From Hypanus sabinus (taxonomy: Eukaryota): a DNA stretch of 64,000 nucleotides. Positions 51,920 through 63,689 of this stretch are shown here, piece after piece. Both the position numbers and the translations under genes were made by a program. How positions within the stretch are numbered: the stretch's first letter is position 1; each line of letters begins with the position of its first letter. The stretch is from NCBI RefSeq assembly GCF_030144855.1, contig NC_082710.1, positions 21,576,001-21,640,000 on the forward strand, given 5' to 3'. A model generated the notes under the pieces. That model did no database searches, was not told where the DNA came from, and worked only from the letters and a program-made list of their open reading frames with translations.

Positions 51920-54646
51920 CAATGAAAGTGCATTGTACTGGGAATTAGCAATAATTTTCAACCTAGGTACAGTACTGAGTAAATTCAAGACAAACATCAA
52001 GACAATTATAAGTATTAATGATAATCATAGATACTGGGGAAGTGTAAAATGAAAATTCAGTTGTAATTTTGAGTTGTGGCACAGGTTAGAAGAGCTGAAT
52101 AGCATACACCTGCACCAACTTCTTGTAACATAATACATGATTTTTTGAAGCTCTGTTGGACAGTGCCTAAAGGAAGGCATAGATGCGTTGTTAAATTTTC
52201 CAGGACAATGATTCCTTTACCACTGCATCGTGGGATAAAGCTGAATGGTGCTCCACCATGTTCACTCAAGCAGTTATTGCAATGAGAAAGGAAGGCATGG
52301 TGGATAAAGGAAAGCACTGGTATCCTAGCAACCATTGTGGATAGCAATGAGACACAATGCTACAAGAATTTTTTTTGTAAATTGAATTCTAAAAAAATGA
52401 GAACAGTCAGACAGAAAACGAATGGAAAGTCTGAAAAAGAGAAACCTTTTTTTTATTTACCCATTTGATTTTTTGACCTTTTACAGCATTTGGAGAACAA
52501 ATAGGAAAGAAATTCATCCCATATGATACAGATCATCATCATTGTTTAAGCCTATTTGAAAACAATAAAAATGTGTTAAAATTGTATAATGTATGGATAT
52601 GCTTACATAACTTGAGCTAATTTACATCACAACTAACTCCTAAATGTGTTTGAGGGGCCCAGATAATTCTCTTGTATGATAAAATGCTATCCATTTTATT
52701 TTGTTCATTACAACATAAGATAGAACTATAAATCATTCAGACAAGATCAATGCTTCTGAAATTAAAAATAAGGATATTAATGTCAAATTTTTATGGTCCT
52801 ATATAATCCTTTTAGTAAAATTTCTTTTAGTAATTGCTGAATCAGATAAAAACATGGCCAGTGCTGGAAATCTGAAAAATCCATAATGCAGAAATATGCA
52901 GTAATATGTCAGCATCTGCAAACATAAGTAATTAAGAACCATCCCCAATATTGATTCAAGGAAGATGCAACATCCAAAAAGTTAAGCTGTTTTATTTTTG
53001 TTACAAGCTCTTTAGTAAGTGCACCACAATGCTGGTTGATCCAGTATTACACAGGGCATTACTAGCCAATCTGTACTAACACATTTTAAAAATACAATGA
53101 TTCACAAAACGCTGATAATGAATTAATTCCCATGATAAATATTTACTGATTTTAAAACCTTCTTCAGAGTTGATTATTATGTCCTAAAGCCAATTGCTGT
53201 AACTGCACCCTATGTTTCATACTGGAAATTTACTGTGCAGTTACAATTCTGGAGAGAGAAAAATACCTATTCAAAGTGTGGGATGATCCAATATATAAAG
53301 CAGAAATTCAAATATTTAACACCTCAATTCAGTAAAACAAAGAAATCTGTGGTAATCAAAAGCCTGAACAAAAAACTTGTGTTGTAAGAATATGCAGAGT
53401 AACTTTGACTCGCATTCTCAACTAACTATTTTCATCGGATTAACAAATCAAATCACAACATTTCAAACAATGAATGCATCTAAGTGAATAGACATAATGT
53501 TTAATTCATATAAATTACATTAATATTTCTATTTGAACTATCTGCGCTAATCAGTAGAAAAATATACTAAAATACATAGCAACTAACAGCAAATCCACGA
53601 CAAACTAATGGAAGTTTTTATTTTTAACTTTCAAAGATGATTTCAAGAATTAGATTCTAAACTAGAGAACATAATTGTATCACTTGTCAGCTCCTCCAAA
53701 TCTAGAAAACAATAATCTCTATCCGAAAAGCACCTCGGAAATAGACCTGACATCCCCCTTTTTGAGAATTCATCATAAATAGAAAGACAATTTCCTCTTC
53801 AAAGGACCATGTCTAAAGCCAAGCAAGGTCCATGGCTAAATCAAAGGAGCAACTGCATCGATGCTTATTATCTATGTGAGTTACCAAACAACCACCTGCT
53901 GTCTCCTCTCAAATGTTTCCTCAATGGAGCAATAGCCTTTGACCTTCATTTTGAAAGAAATTGCTAGCAACTTTCATTTTACATAAGGACTTGTTCATAT
54001 ACGATCACGCTTACACATTTCATCAACAAATGCAAATCCATAATTAATAATTCATGCTTAACTATGCGGCCAATTTTTGAATGCACCTTTTAGCAACTGT
54101 TAGAAATAGCACCATTGAAATAGTTTATTTTTTATGCTTTGATCTTGATTTTTAATTATTAGAACTACACCTAATTCTACAGTTTCTGAATATATTTTAC
54201 CATGCAGAAAATTATGTGATAGATATGAAATAACATATGTACTGGCATGTTGAGAACATTTACATACAAAGAGCTGCTCAACATGCTTCAGAACAACTGA
54301 ATATCAAAATCATTCAAATAGAAAGACAAATATCATTCCAACCAGTTTTATTGCTAGTAAACAGGTGCTCTTCGGTGACTAACTATTCAGTATCAAAGCT
54401 GCAATTCAAAATATATTGCCAACGACAACTCTTCACTTCTTGTATCACAGCGTTCTCCAAGCATCTTCTATATCCAACCCTGATGTAATCTCAAATTTCT
54501 TAATCCCATCTCTCAATGCCAAATGCATCACAAAATACCTAAGAAATTAAGAATTAGAAATAGAACCATGCCATTTGAACCCTCATGTATAGTCCAGCAA
54601 TCAGTAGCTCATAGCTGATCTTCACCTCTCTGCAGTGTTCCAAAAC

Positions 54647-54990
54647 TGATAGATAGATACTTTATTGATCCCAAAGGAAATCACGGTGTCACAACAGCAT
54701 TACAAGTGCAGAGATATACAAGTAGTAAAAAAGTAAGAAAGAATAAATATAAGTTACCTTAAAAATAAGATGTACAAGGTTTACAAGTCAAAGATTACAA
54801 GATCACTTCCCAAGCTATAGGTAAATTCGTTACAGAGCCTGATGGCCAAGAGTAAGAATGATCTCATATAGCACTTTTGGAGCAACACAGTTGTCTTAGA
54901 TTTATACTAATGTGCTCCTTTGTTCATGGGGTGAGAAACATTATCCAGAACTGCCAGGATTTTCTGGAGGATCCTTTGTTCTACAACGTC
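54647..54990 (-). mobile_element. Rex1 3' end (same subfamily as 11681-12388), continuing at ~55874-55910
   Basis: (GATA)n tail and colinear match to 11690-12050. Confidence 0.8.
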
Positions 54991-54994
54991 CTAC

Positions 54995-55873
54995 AACATC
55001 TTCAGAAGTGTTCTGATGACTCTGCCATAGTTGGATGCATCAGCAAGGGAGATGAAGCTAAGTACAGGGCTACGGTGTGAAACCTTGTCACATGGTGTAA
55101 GCAGAATCATCTACAGCTTAACATGAAAAAGACTAAGGAGCTGGTGGTGGACCTGAGGAGGGTTAAGGCACCGGTGACCCATTTCCATCCAAGGGGTCAG
55201 TGTGGACATGGTGGAGGATTACAAATACCTGGGGATACGAATTGACAATAAACTGGACTGGTCAAAGAACACTGAGGCTGTCTACAAGAAGGGTCAGAGC
55301 TCCCTCTATTTCCTGAGGAGACGGAGGTCCTTTAACATCTGCCAGACGATGCTGAGGATGTTCTACGAGTCTGTGGTGACCAGTGCTATCATGTTTGCTG
55401 TTGTGTGCTGGAGCAGCAGGCTGAGGGTAGCAGACACCAACAGAATCAACAAACTCATTTGTAAGGCCAGTGATGTTGTTGGGGTGGAACTGGACTCTCT
55501 GACGGTGGTGTCTGAAAAGAGGATGCTGTACAAGTTGCATGCCATCTTGGACAATGACTCCCATCCACTCCATAATGTTCTGGTTAGGCACAGGAATACA
55601 TTCAGCCAGAGACTCATTCCACTGAGATGTAACACTAAGCGTTAAAGGAAGTCATTCTTGCCTGTGGCCATCAAACTTTACAACTCCTCCTTCGGAGTGT
55701 CAGACACCCTGAGCCAATAGTCTGGTCCTGGACTTATTTCCACTTGGCATGATTAACTTTTTATTATTTAATTATTTGTGGCTTTATATTGCTATATTTC
55801 TACACTATTCTTGGTTGGTACAGCTGGAACGAAACCCAATTTCCCTCGGGATCAATAAAGTATGTCTGTCTGT
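54995..55873 (+). mobile_element. Rex1 LINE 3' portion (second subfamily)
   Basis: HLQKCSDDSAIVGCI, YKYLG..IDNKLDWS, GQSSLYFLRR and FYESVV; tail aataaagtatgtctgtctgtct. Confidence 0.9.
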
Positions 55874-55909
55874 CTCCAGTATGTCCAGTTTGACTCCTGT
55901 GATGTAGCC

Positions 55910-56590
55910 AGTCAATACATGCTCCACCATATAAGCTCAAAGTTTTAGATGCCAAGCCAAATCCTCACAAACTGCTAATAAGCTAGAGGCACTGCTGAGC
56001 TTTCTTCATAATTGCACTTGCATGCTGGGCCCAGGATAAATCCTCTGAATTGATAACACCAAGGATTTTAAAGTTGCTTATCCTCTCCACCTCTGATCAT
56101 CTGATGAGCAACAGCTCATGGACCTCCAGTTTCCTCCTGCAGCCAATGATTAACTCCTTGGTCTTGTTGACACAGAGTAGGAGATTGTTGCTGTGGCACC
56201 ACGCAGTTGGATTTTCAATTTCCATCCTACATGCTGATTCATTACTACCTTTGATTCGGCCTACAACAGTGGTGTCATCAGCAAACTTAAATATGGCATT
56301 AGAGTTGTGCCACACAGGCATACGTGTAAAGCGAATAGAGCAGGGGGCTGAGCATACAGTCTTGTGGTGCACCTGTGCTTATGGGGTTTGTGGAGGAGAT
56401 GCCGCTGTCAATCCAAGCTAAGGCCTGCAGTAAGGAAATCGATGAACCAATTGCTCAAGGAAGCCAAGGTCTACAAGCTTATTGATTAGTTTTTGAGGGG
56501 GTGATAGCACTGAATCCCAAGCTGTGGTTGATAAAGAACATCCTAACATATGTTTCTTTGCTGTCCAGATGTTCCAGGGTTGAGTGAAGA
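55910..56590 (-). mobile_element. Rex1/Babar RT fragment
   Basis: IFKFADDTTVVGRI..WCHSNNLLLCVNKTKELII. Confidence 0.85.
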
Positions 56591-57155
56591 GTTATCTACC
56601 TTTCAAGGGTTTTGTATCGTTCAATGAAATCACTTATTATTCATTGGCCAGTCTGCTTGATCGTTTCTCACATGATAAAATATTCTTTCCAGGAATTAAT
56701 CAGGTATATCTGCCTCCCTCTATCGCTAGTGCAACCTTCCTGAATTAGAGTGACCAGACCAGCACACAATACTCCAGGCGTTCCCCCAGGAACCTATGTA
56801 ATTTCAGTAGGATATCCATCCCCTTACACTCAAATTCTATTACAGTAATGGTCAATGTACTGTTGTGTTGCTAACTGCTCGGTACATTCACGTGATAAAT
56901 TTCAGCAATTTATGTGTAAGAATACCCAAATCTAATAGAATGCCAAAAAAAATCAACTTTCCACTATTTAAAAACAAAACACAACTATTTTGATTTATTT
57001 TAAGTCCAAACAGATAACCTCATATTTTTCTCTGGAATTCACTTTGCCTGTCTCTATCTCTCTTAGGTCTATCTGCATCCTCGTTACCTCCCACACTACT
57101 ACCCAGCTTTTGTATCATCGGGAAACTTGGGAGATAGTACAAATGGTCATACAGA
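56590..57155 (-). mobile_element. Degraded CR1 RT/3' fragment
   Basis: gaccagaccagcacacaatactccagg (reverse of LEYCV..WS). Confidence 0.6.
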
Positions 57156-57399
57156 AGATTTTAATAATCCTTTTTTTAAATTTCCATCTGGAGGTAAATA
57201 AATCAAACAGATAAAAAATAAGCCCAAGAAGAGAAATGCCAAGTATTTTTTTCCATTTTGGATATTTTTCCAACATTGCTCAGAAGGTGATGGTGATCAC
57301 ACTATACTAAAAGAAGCCAAGGTTTAATCTGTGCATCTTTTAATTATGCCAACTAGTGATAGAAAAACAAATTCATATTTTACATGAACACAATGTAGT

Positions 57400-57528
57400 T
57401 TGATGCTACAGATGCTGTAAATCCAAAGCAACACACACAGAATGCTGGAGTAACTCAGCAGGCCAGGCAGCATCTATGGAAAAGAGTAAACTGTCAACGT
57501 TTTGTGCCGAGATCCTTCATCAGGAATC
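57400..57528 (-). mobile_element. Penelope pLTR copy with degenerate hammerhead motif (57491-57528)
   Basis: cagatgctg..aaatccaaagcaacacacacagaatgctggag..gccgagatccttcatcagga. Confidence 0.75.
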
Positions 57529-59369
57529 ACATTTTACACTTATCTTTATAATTAAATGGTTAACCTAGTTAAGATTATGAATAATAAGATATCTCCAAGA
57601 ATATAAAACGCATTAACAATTCACTAGCAGCAAAGCTCAAAGTATAAAGCTAATGCTTCCTTGGCTTCTCAAGACCAGCACTGCTGATTGTTGAACTTTG
57701 CTGATACATACACTCCCTCTTCTGGCCTATGAATTTCTCTGTTCTACTATGAGAATTTTTAAAAAGCACACAGATGATACCATCTACAAAATGCAATACT
57801 TTACAGAGATCAAAATACCACAGCCACTTCAAAAATTACCAATCAACCTAAATATTTTCCAACCGCTATATGTTTTTACTCATGAGAACAGGGCATCATT
57901 CAATTGTTGCATTCTCTCACACCATCCACCTTTCCTTAACTACTATCTTAATACAGACATAACAATTAAAACAGCATTTGTTATATAGATGTCAAGCGAT
58001 GCTCATTTAAAAAATAGCTTACTTGTGTCTCTTAAAACATCAGAACATCCATAATACTTTAATGACAATCAAGTACATTTGAAGCTAATATTGCAATACA
58101 AAAAAACACTGCAGCTGAAATGCAAACAAAGGCCAACAGGCAGTAATAAGAAAATGTCCCCTTGATATGCTTTAGTGATGTTATTGATGCGTGCATTTTC
58201 ACCAGAACATTGGAAGACCACATTCAGCCATTCTTTATACAGAGCATGAAATATTTTACCTACATGTGTCATGAGAAACCATGTTCATTTTAACACATTC
58301 TTCCATAAATTAACCTTTAATAGTACAGTAGTGTCTCTCAAAAGTTTTATAAAATAGCAAGTCACTGAAATAAACTTACCACTTTTTGATTCAGGGCAGA
58401 AACACACTTTGACATAATCTGGTTTAGTGCATATTCAAGAAGAAATGTGATAATAGTGTAATATAGTAACTCTTTTGTACTTATCAACTGGAGTAGGCCT
58501 GTGAAATTATGACACATTTTCCAATATTGTCCCTGTAAATGGGACTTGTCTGGAGGAGATTATTTCCATACAATTCTATCTCCTTTCAGAAAATCTTATA
58601 CTCCCTCCCTGCTTCATGGCATTTTGTGCAATAAAGTTAGAAGAGACTGGAAATTTGAGAAGCAGATTGTTTTAATTAATTGTTTATAATCAGAGTGGAA
58701 AGTGGGAGAGGGGCCCAGCAATGAAGATTTAGGAACTTCTGTTTCCATATGTTCATCTGCAAACAACTTAAAATGGAAAAAAGAACTTTCATGAGAAAAT
58801 ATGTGATTTCACTGTAGTTTGCAGATTCTGATCTTCTATTTCTTGTTTGCCTTAAATTACTTCTCTGCATGATAGCCTGCACAACACAGAGGAAGAAGAC
58901 TAGGAACTCAAGTGAAGCTTGGCAGAGATTGATGACAAATGAAATGTAAAAATTGTTTGCTATATAGTATCATCACCTGAACCTCAATTGACTGGTTTGG
59001 ATGTAACTTAACTTCTTTAATGCACACTGACTGTTTTTCTCTCTGCCCGAAACAGCACTTTAAATGACAACTTAATACTAAATCATAATGGTAGTGAAAA
59101 TGTAAGGGTAAGGGCAGTCTAAAATGGTGAGAACTCTGTACAATTTCTTTTCATGATATTCCCTCCACAAGATCAAAGATATCACCCAAGAAATGTTTCT
59201 TCTAAGTAATATGACTGCAGAACAGCCAGTCTCTCTCTTAACAAGTAACAAATGCTATTAAAAATAATGTATTTGCTTCAGAGCTAAAAGCAACAGTGCA
59301 CATGCAAAATATTTGGGGTTTTAGTTCTTCTAATATATCTATAGGATTCAATTGTTCAGACAATTGTTT

Positions 59370-60010
59370 TCAGATGGTGATGAGAAGGCATTTGGGAGTG
59401 CAGTAGATTGGTTGGTTGAGTGATACTCAACATCAGTACAACCAAGGAACTGATTGTGGACTTCAGTAAAGGGAAAGATAAAAGAACACATGTCAGTCCT
59501 CATCAAGGGGTCAAGAGTGGAAAGGATGAGCTGATTCGAGTGTGTCAACATCTCTGAAGATCTATCCTGGACCCAACATATTGATGCAATTACAAAGAAG
59601 GCATGCCAACAGCTATATTTCATTAAAAAATTTGGTATGTCACCAAAGATTCTAGCAAATTTCTACTGATGTACCGTGGAGAATATTTTAAATTGTTACA
59701 TCACTGTCTGGAATGGAGGGGCCACTACACAGGATCGGAAAAAACTGCGAAGGGTTGTAACTCAGCCAGCTCCAACATGGGCAGCCCCACCATCAAGGAT
59801 ATCTTCATAAGGCAATGTCTCAAAAGGGGGCATCAGTCATTAAGGACTCGCACCACCCATGACATGCCCTCTTTTCATTACCATCAGAGAGGAGGTACAG
59901 GAACCCAAAGACACACACTCAACATTTAAGCAACAGCTTCTTCCCCTCCACCATCAGATTTCTAAACCCATGAAAACCTGTCTTACTTTGCTCCTTTTAT
60001 CTACTTATTT
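59370..60010 (+). mobile_element. Rex1/Babar 3' fragment
   Basis: Colinear with 35055-35480 and 16340-16900. Confidence 0.75.
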
Positions 60011-62955
60011 TATATGAAACTCCTTTTTATTGGACGTTTCTATATTTGCAGCTCATTAGACACTCGCAAAACGCCACTGGACTCAGCGGTGAGAAAACCA
60101 CCTTTCACAGACTCTGTACGTCTAGGGTCAATATGACTTGGGTCCCACCAAAACAAGGAGGTTGGGATATCTCACCAACCCGGACCCCGATCTGAGCGAA
60201 TACTTTGTTAATGCTGGCCACTTGCAATTACCCATCAACAAGAAATAATAGATTGTACACTGCATACAATTATAATGAAAGTATATTTTCAAATTTCAGC
60301 TTTATCGAACAGTTGGTAGGAAAGAAAAAGAAAAAAATAATAAGGGTCCATTACAGTTAACCCAGTCAAATGTGTACATAAGTTGGAGCTCATCTTAAAG
60401 TTGTCTTTAACTCTTGCACTGGGCACGGTCTGAATAAAAGCACAGACCACCTTTCAACTATTGCTCGAAATCCATTTCGAACAAACAAGCTCCCCAATGG
60501 GAATATCAGTCCATCCTTCTTCAAGCCATTCATCTACAGAAAGCAGCTGCTGCAATAGGGATGGGATCTTCAGCCAACTTCCCTCCTGTCTTCTCCCAGC
60601 TCCTGTCAAAGAGACCTCAACCCACACAAGAGTCCATTACCAAAATCCTCTCTGCCTAGCGTTCTCTAGAGCCTTCTCCCAATTCCACCACCCTGATTGG
60701 ATGACACTACATTCCTAAACATGAACATCACAACCCCTTATCTTTAGCTCAAACATCCTGAAAGCAGAACAGACACTCTTTGAGACTGCTCAAATGAAGT
60801 ACCTACAGCATTGCAGTAAAAATGTTAACCAGGGCATCATACTCTCTCCCCACCAAAAATAGTCATGTCCTCATGACTTTGTAATTTATCAAGCCATCAT
60901 TAATAGCACACTTTTGAAAAGAATTTTGTAATGCCAGGACCTCCAATCCATTTGTAAAAGGAAATGACATGTTTCACTAGGAGTATACACCCAACACTCC
61001 GTTGCCCCAGTGCATCATAGGCCAGCATATCTGTGGGGTTTCCTGACTCTTTGAGACCTCCTTATCCCATTTTAGGCTCCTCCAGGTTCAACCACTGCTT
61101 GTGACCCTTCCTGTCTACTAGAGGGTGACTCCCCACTCGTGTCTTCCAGTGGCAATGACTGAAATGAACTTCCTTCAGTTAAAGCAGGTGCTGCCAAACA
61201 TCTTCAACCTCCGCTGATCCCAACATCAGACTCATCACTAGAAAAGGCAACTTTGCCTACCAACATCTTCTCAGTTCATTTCCTTTTCCATTCCTTAGGC
61301 ATTTTGGCAAATTTAGGGGTTCCTGTCACTCTAGCTACTCCTCCCGGGTGTAACATGACAGGTTTAGACTGGGTGTACCACACAGTTCCTTGTTTCTGCT
61401 CATCATCCTGCTTAGGAGGAACTTGCACCTTCTCAAAAGCAGCTCTGAACACAGGGTAAATGGACAAAGTTTTCAAAAGGTTATCTCCATTTCTCTCCTT
61501 CTGGGCTCCCACAAGTCTTCTCACAACTGGAGTATTCGTTCCCACAAGAATAGAAGCAACACCCTTTTCAACTGCATCTGGGCAGATCAACAGTGGTGTG
61601 TCAATCGTCTCAGTTACCCCAACATCTGCTTCCGAAAACTCCAGTTTCAACGACAAGTCACCATCGTATGGATATTCATCAGTACTGAGGCCCCGAACCT
61701 CAAGGATATCGCTTGGTGTCGATTGTAAATGCATCAAATACCAGCTGTAAAATGATCTATAAAGCAAAGTAACTTGAGAAACTGTGCATGGCTCTAGCAT
61801 AAACACCTTCAATTCATATGAATACATCAGAGATCTAAACCTTCAGGAATCATGTTTTGTACTTTAGTATTTGCCTTCATACAGTGATAGATTCAGATTC
61901 AGATTTCAGTTTATTGTCATTTAGAAACCACAAATGCAATGCAGTTAAAAAATGAGACAACGTTCCTCCAGAATGATATCACAAAAGCATATGACAAAAC
62001 AGACTACAACAGAAAATCCACATAACGTTTGACATTCCCCAATCCAGAGTCCGGAGAGGCTGCTGCATATTAATATCGCGCTACCATCTTAGCGTGTTCC
62101 CCGGAAAGGAGCTCCAAATCTACCAGACAAAACAAGACCAAAAACTAAAGCTACAAGACCTACACAAAACCACATAGTTACAACAGTGGTTTTGTGCTAT
62201 TTTATCAATAGCCTAATTGATAAAAAAACAGACCATGGGCACAGTAAAAATAGTCCAAAGATGTTAAAAGACTGTAAGTTCGAAAGAAACCATCACACAG
62301 TTTTCACAAGTCCTCAGGGTCCCGATTGACTCATCATCCCACGCCGGCAGCAGAAGGGAATACCTCCGCTATGGACTTCCACGGCACCGCCCAACTCAGT
62401 CTGGCAGACGCAGCACACAATGAAAGCGACCTGACCGCAGCGGATTCCGAGTCCGTCGAACCTCCGACCATCCCCTCCGGCATAGCTTCTCCGAGCACCA
62501 TTCTCTGCCGAGTATGTTAAGACATATAGGAACATATCCTTTCCAAAACACCAGCCTTTTCCTTTACTGGATCCCTCCGTAGTTTTACTTCTTTTCTTCT
62601 CTGATTAACTGCTGATTTACTTTCTGAAGATTTCTGTCCTTCACACTCCCACTTGAAATGTCCACCTTCTCCACAGTTGTAACAGAAAATACCAGTCGCT
62701 TCCCTGGTCAAGGGACCCCCATTCAGTTGTCCTTTGCCTCAGTATGTCCCACCAGTGGGCCTGGCTTCTTATCAGCATTGTCAGCATTGTCATGCCTGGT
62801 GGAAGCACCAACCAATATCATCCGAAATACCTTGATCCTCAGATCTTTCACAACATCCTGCAAAACCCCTGCTTGTGTGGCTTCAGGGATCACTTTAGCA
62901 ACAGAGGCTACTACTGATAGAGGCCTCCTGCTCCTCCTTTGCATTCTTCTCCTCT
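60010..62955 (-). mobile_element. Gypsy LTR retrotransposon remnant of the PNMA/Ma-like gag type, with large internal deletion
   Basis: CCHC knuckle CYNCGEGGHFKWEC (62517-62711); protease-region ORF SQVTLLYRSFY..YPYDG.LSLKLEF..ILVGTN (61276-61827); integrase-tail VRRSQRVRKP; PPT ggtggggagagag adjoining an LTR that begins TG at 60839. The far LTR end is uncertain. Confidence 0.8.
61891..62525 (-). mobile_element. ~635-bp non-autonomous retroelement (CpG-rich head, AATAAA plus (TCTGAA)n tail) inserted in the Gypsy remnant
   Basis: Tail aataaactgaaatctgaatctgaat on the minus strand; the Gypsy sequence rejoins across a duplicated atag. Confidence 0.65.
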
Positions 62956-62956
62956 C

Positions 62957-63097
62957 TAGTAAGGGTGTCAAAGGTTAAAGGGAGAAGGCAGGAGAATGGG
63001 TTCAGGGGGGGGAAATAAATAAGCCATGATTGAATGACGGAACAGTCTCAATAGGCAAAATGGCTTAAATCTGCTTCTCTGTCTTATGTTCTTATGT
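62957..63097 (+). mobile_element. CR1 3' end
   Basis: aagggtgtcaaaggtta..gagaaggcaggagaatggg..tcttatgttcttatg tail. Confidence 0.8.
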
Positions 63098-63164
63098 TAC
63101 TTTTAATCCTAGGCTAATAATTGTCTTCAGTCTACTGGATTTCAGCTGATCCCCCATTTCTATC

Positions 63165-63420
63165 TCCCAGCCACACAATCAGCAGTTAGCAAAATACTAG
63201 TACAGCACCAGAAACCTGGGTTCAATTCCCACAGCTGCCTATGAGGAGTTTGTACATTCTCTCCATGACCGTGTGGGTTCCTCCAGGTGCTCCGGGCTCC
63301 TCCCACATTCCAACAGACAAAAGGGTTAAGAGGTTAATTGGCCACATGGGTGAAACTGGGTGGCACTGGCTCATTGGCCAGAAACACTTGTTACTGCCTG
63401 CACTCCTATATAAATAAATT
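63165..63420 (+). mobile_element. V-domain (HE1-type) SINE
   Basis: B-box gggttcaattccc; V-domain gggttcctccaggtgctccgggctcctcccacattccaa..ggttaattggccac. Confidence 0.75.
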
Positions 63421-63689
63421 TCATTCCATTTACATCCTAATTCTGATAATTGTATAATTAACAAGCAATGATAACAAAAAATGGTTCAGGATCCCCTAAG
63501 AAAATTAATACATCTTATTTTATGTGATAAAGTTTTGGATAAAGTTTGCATGTGAATACCTAGGGCCCATGACCAAGATCCTCATCTTAAATAGGTTCAA
63601 TTACAGTGGTATGAAGGTAGAGTTATCTGAGGTGGACTGAGTAAATAGGCTGGATGATCAGTGGATCAGCAGATCAGCAATGCAGATAT

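Noticed and set aside
55202-55645. DUF1891/ALKBH8-like protein call
   Set aside because: This is the post-RT region of a Rex1 LINE, a common misannotation.
2766-57528. CRISPR array or any prokaryotic system
   Set aside because: The repeats are dispersed retroelement ends, not regularly spaced repeat-spacer units. No cas genes or operons; the DNA is vertebrate.
10520-63420. tRNA genes at the SINE heads
   Set aside because: Only degenerate A/B boxes followed by the V-domain; no cloverleaf.
2547-63464. Most short ORFs in the supplied track as host genes
   Set aside because: They are antisense or off-frame readings of CR1, Rex1, RTE, Gypsy or PLE repeats, or low-complexity chance ORFs with no recognisable domain.
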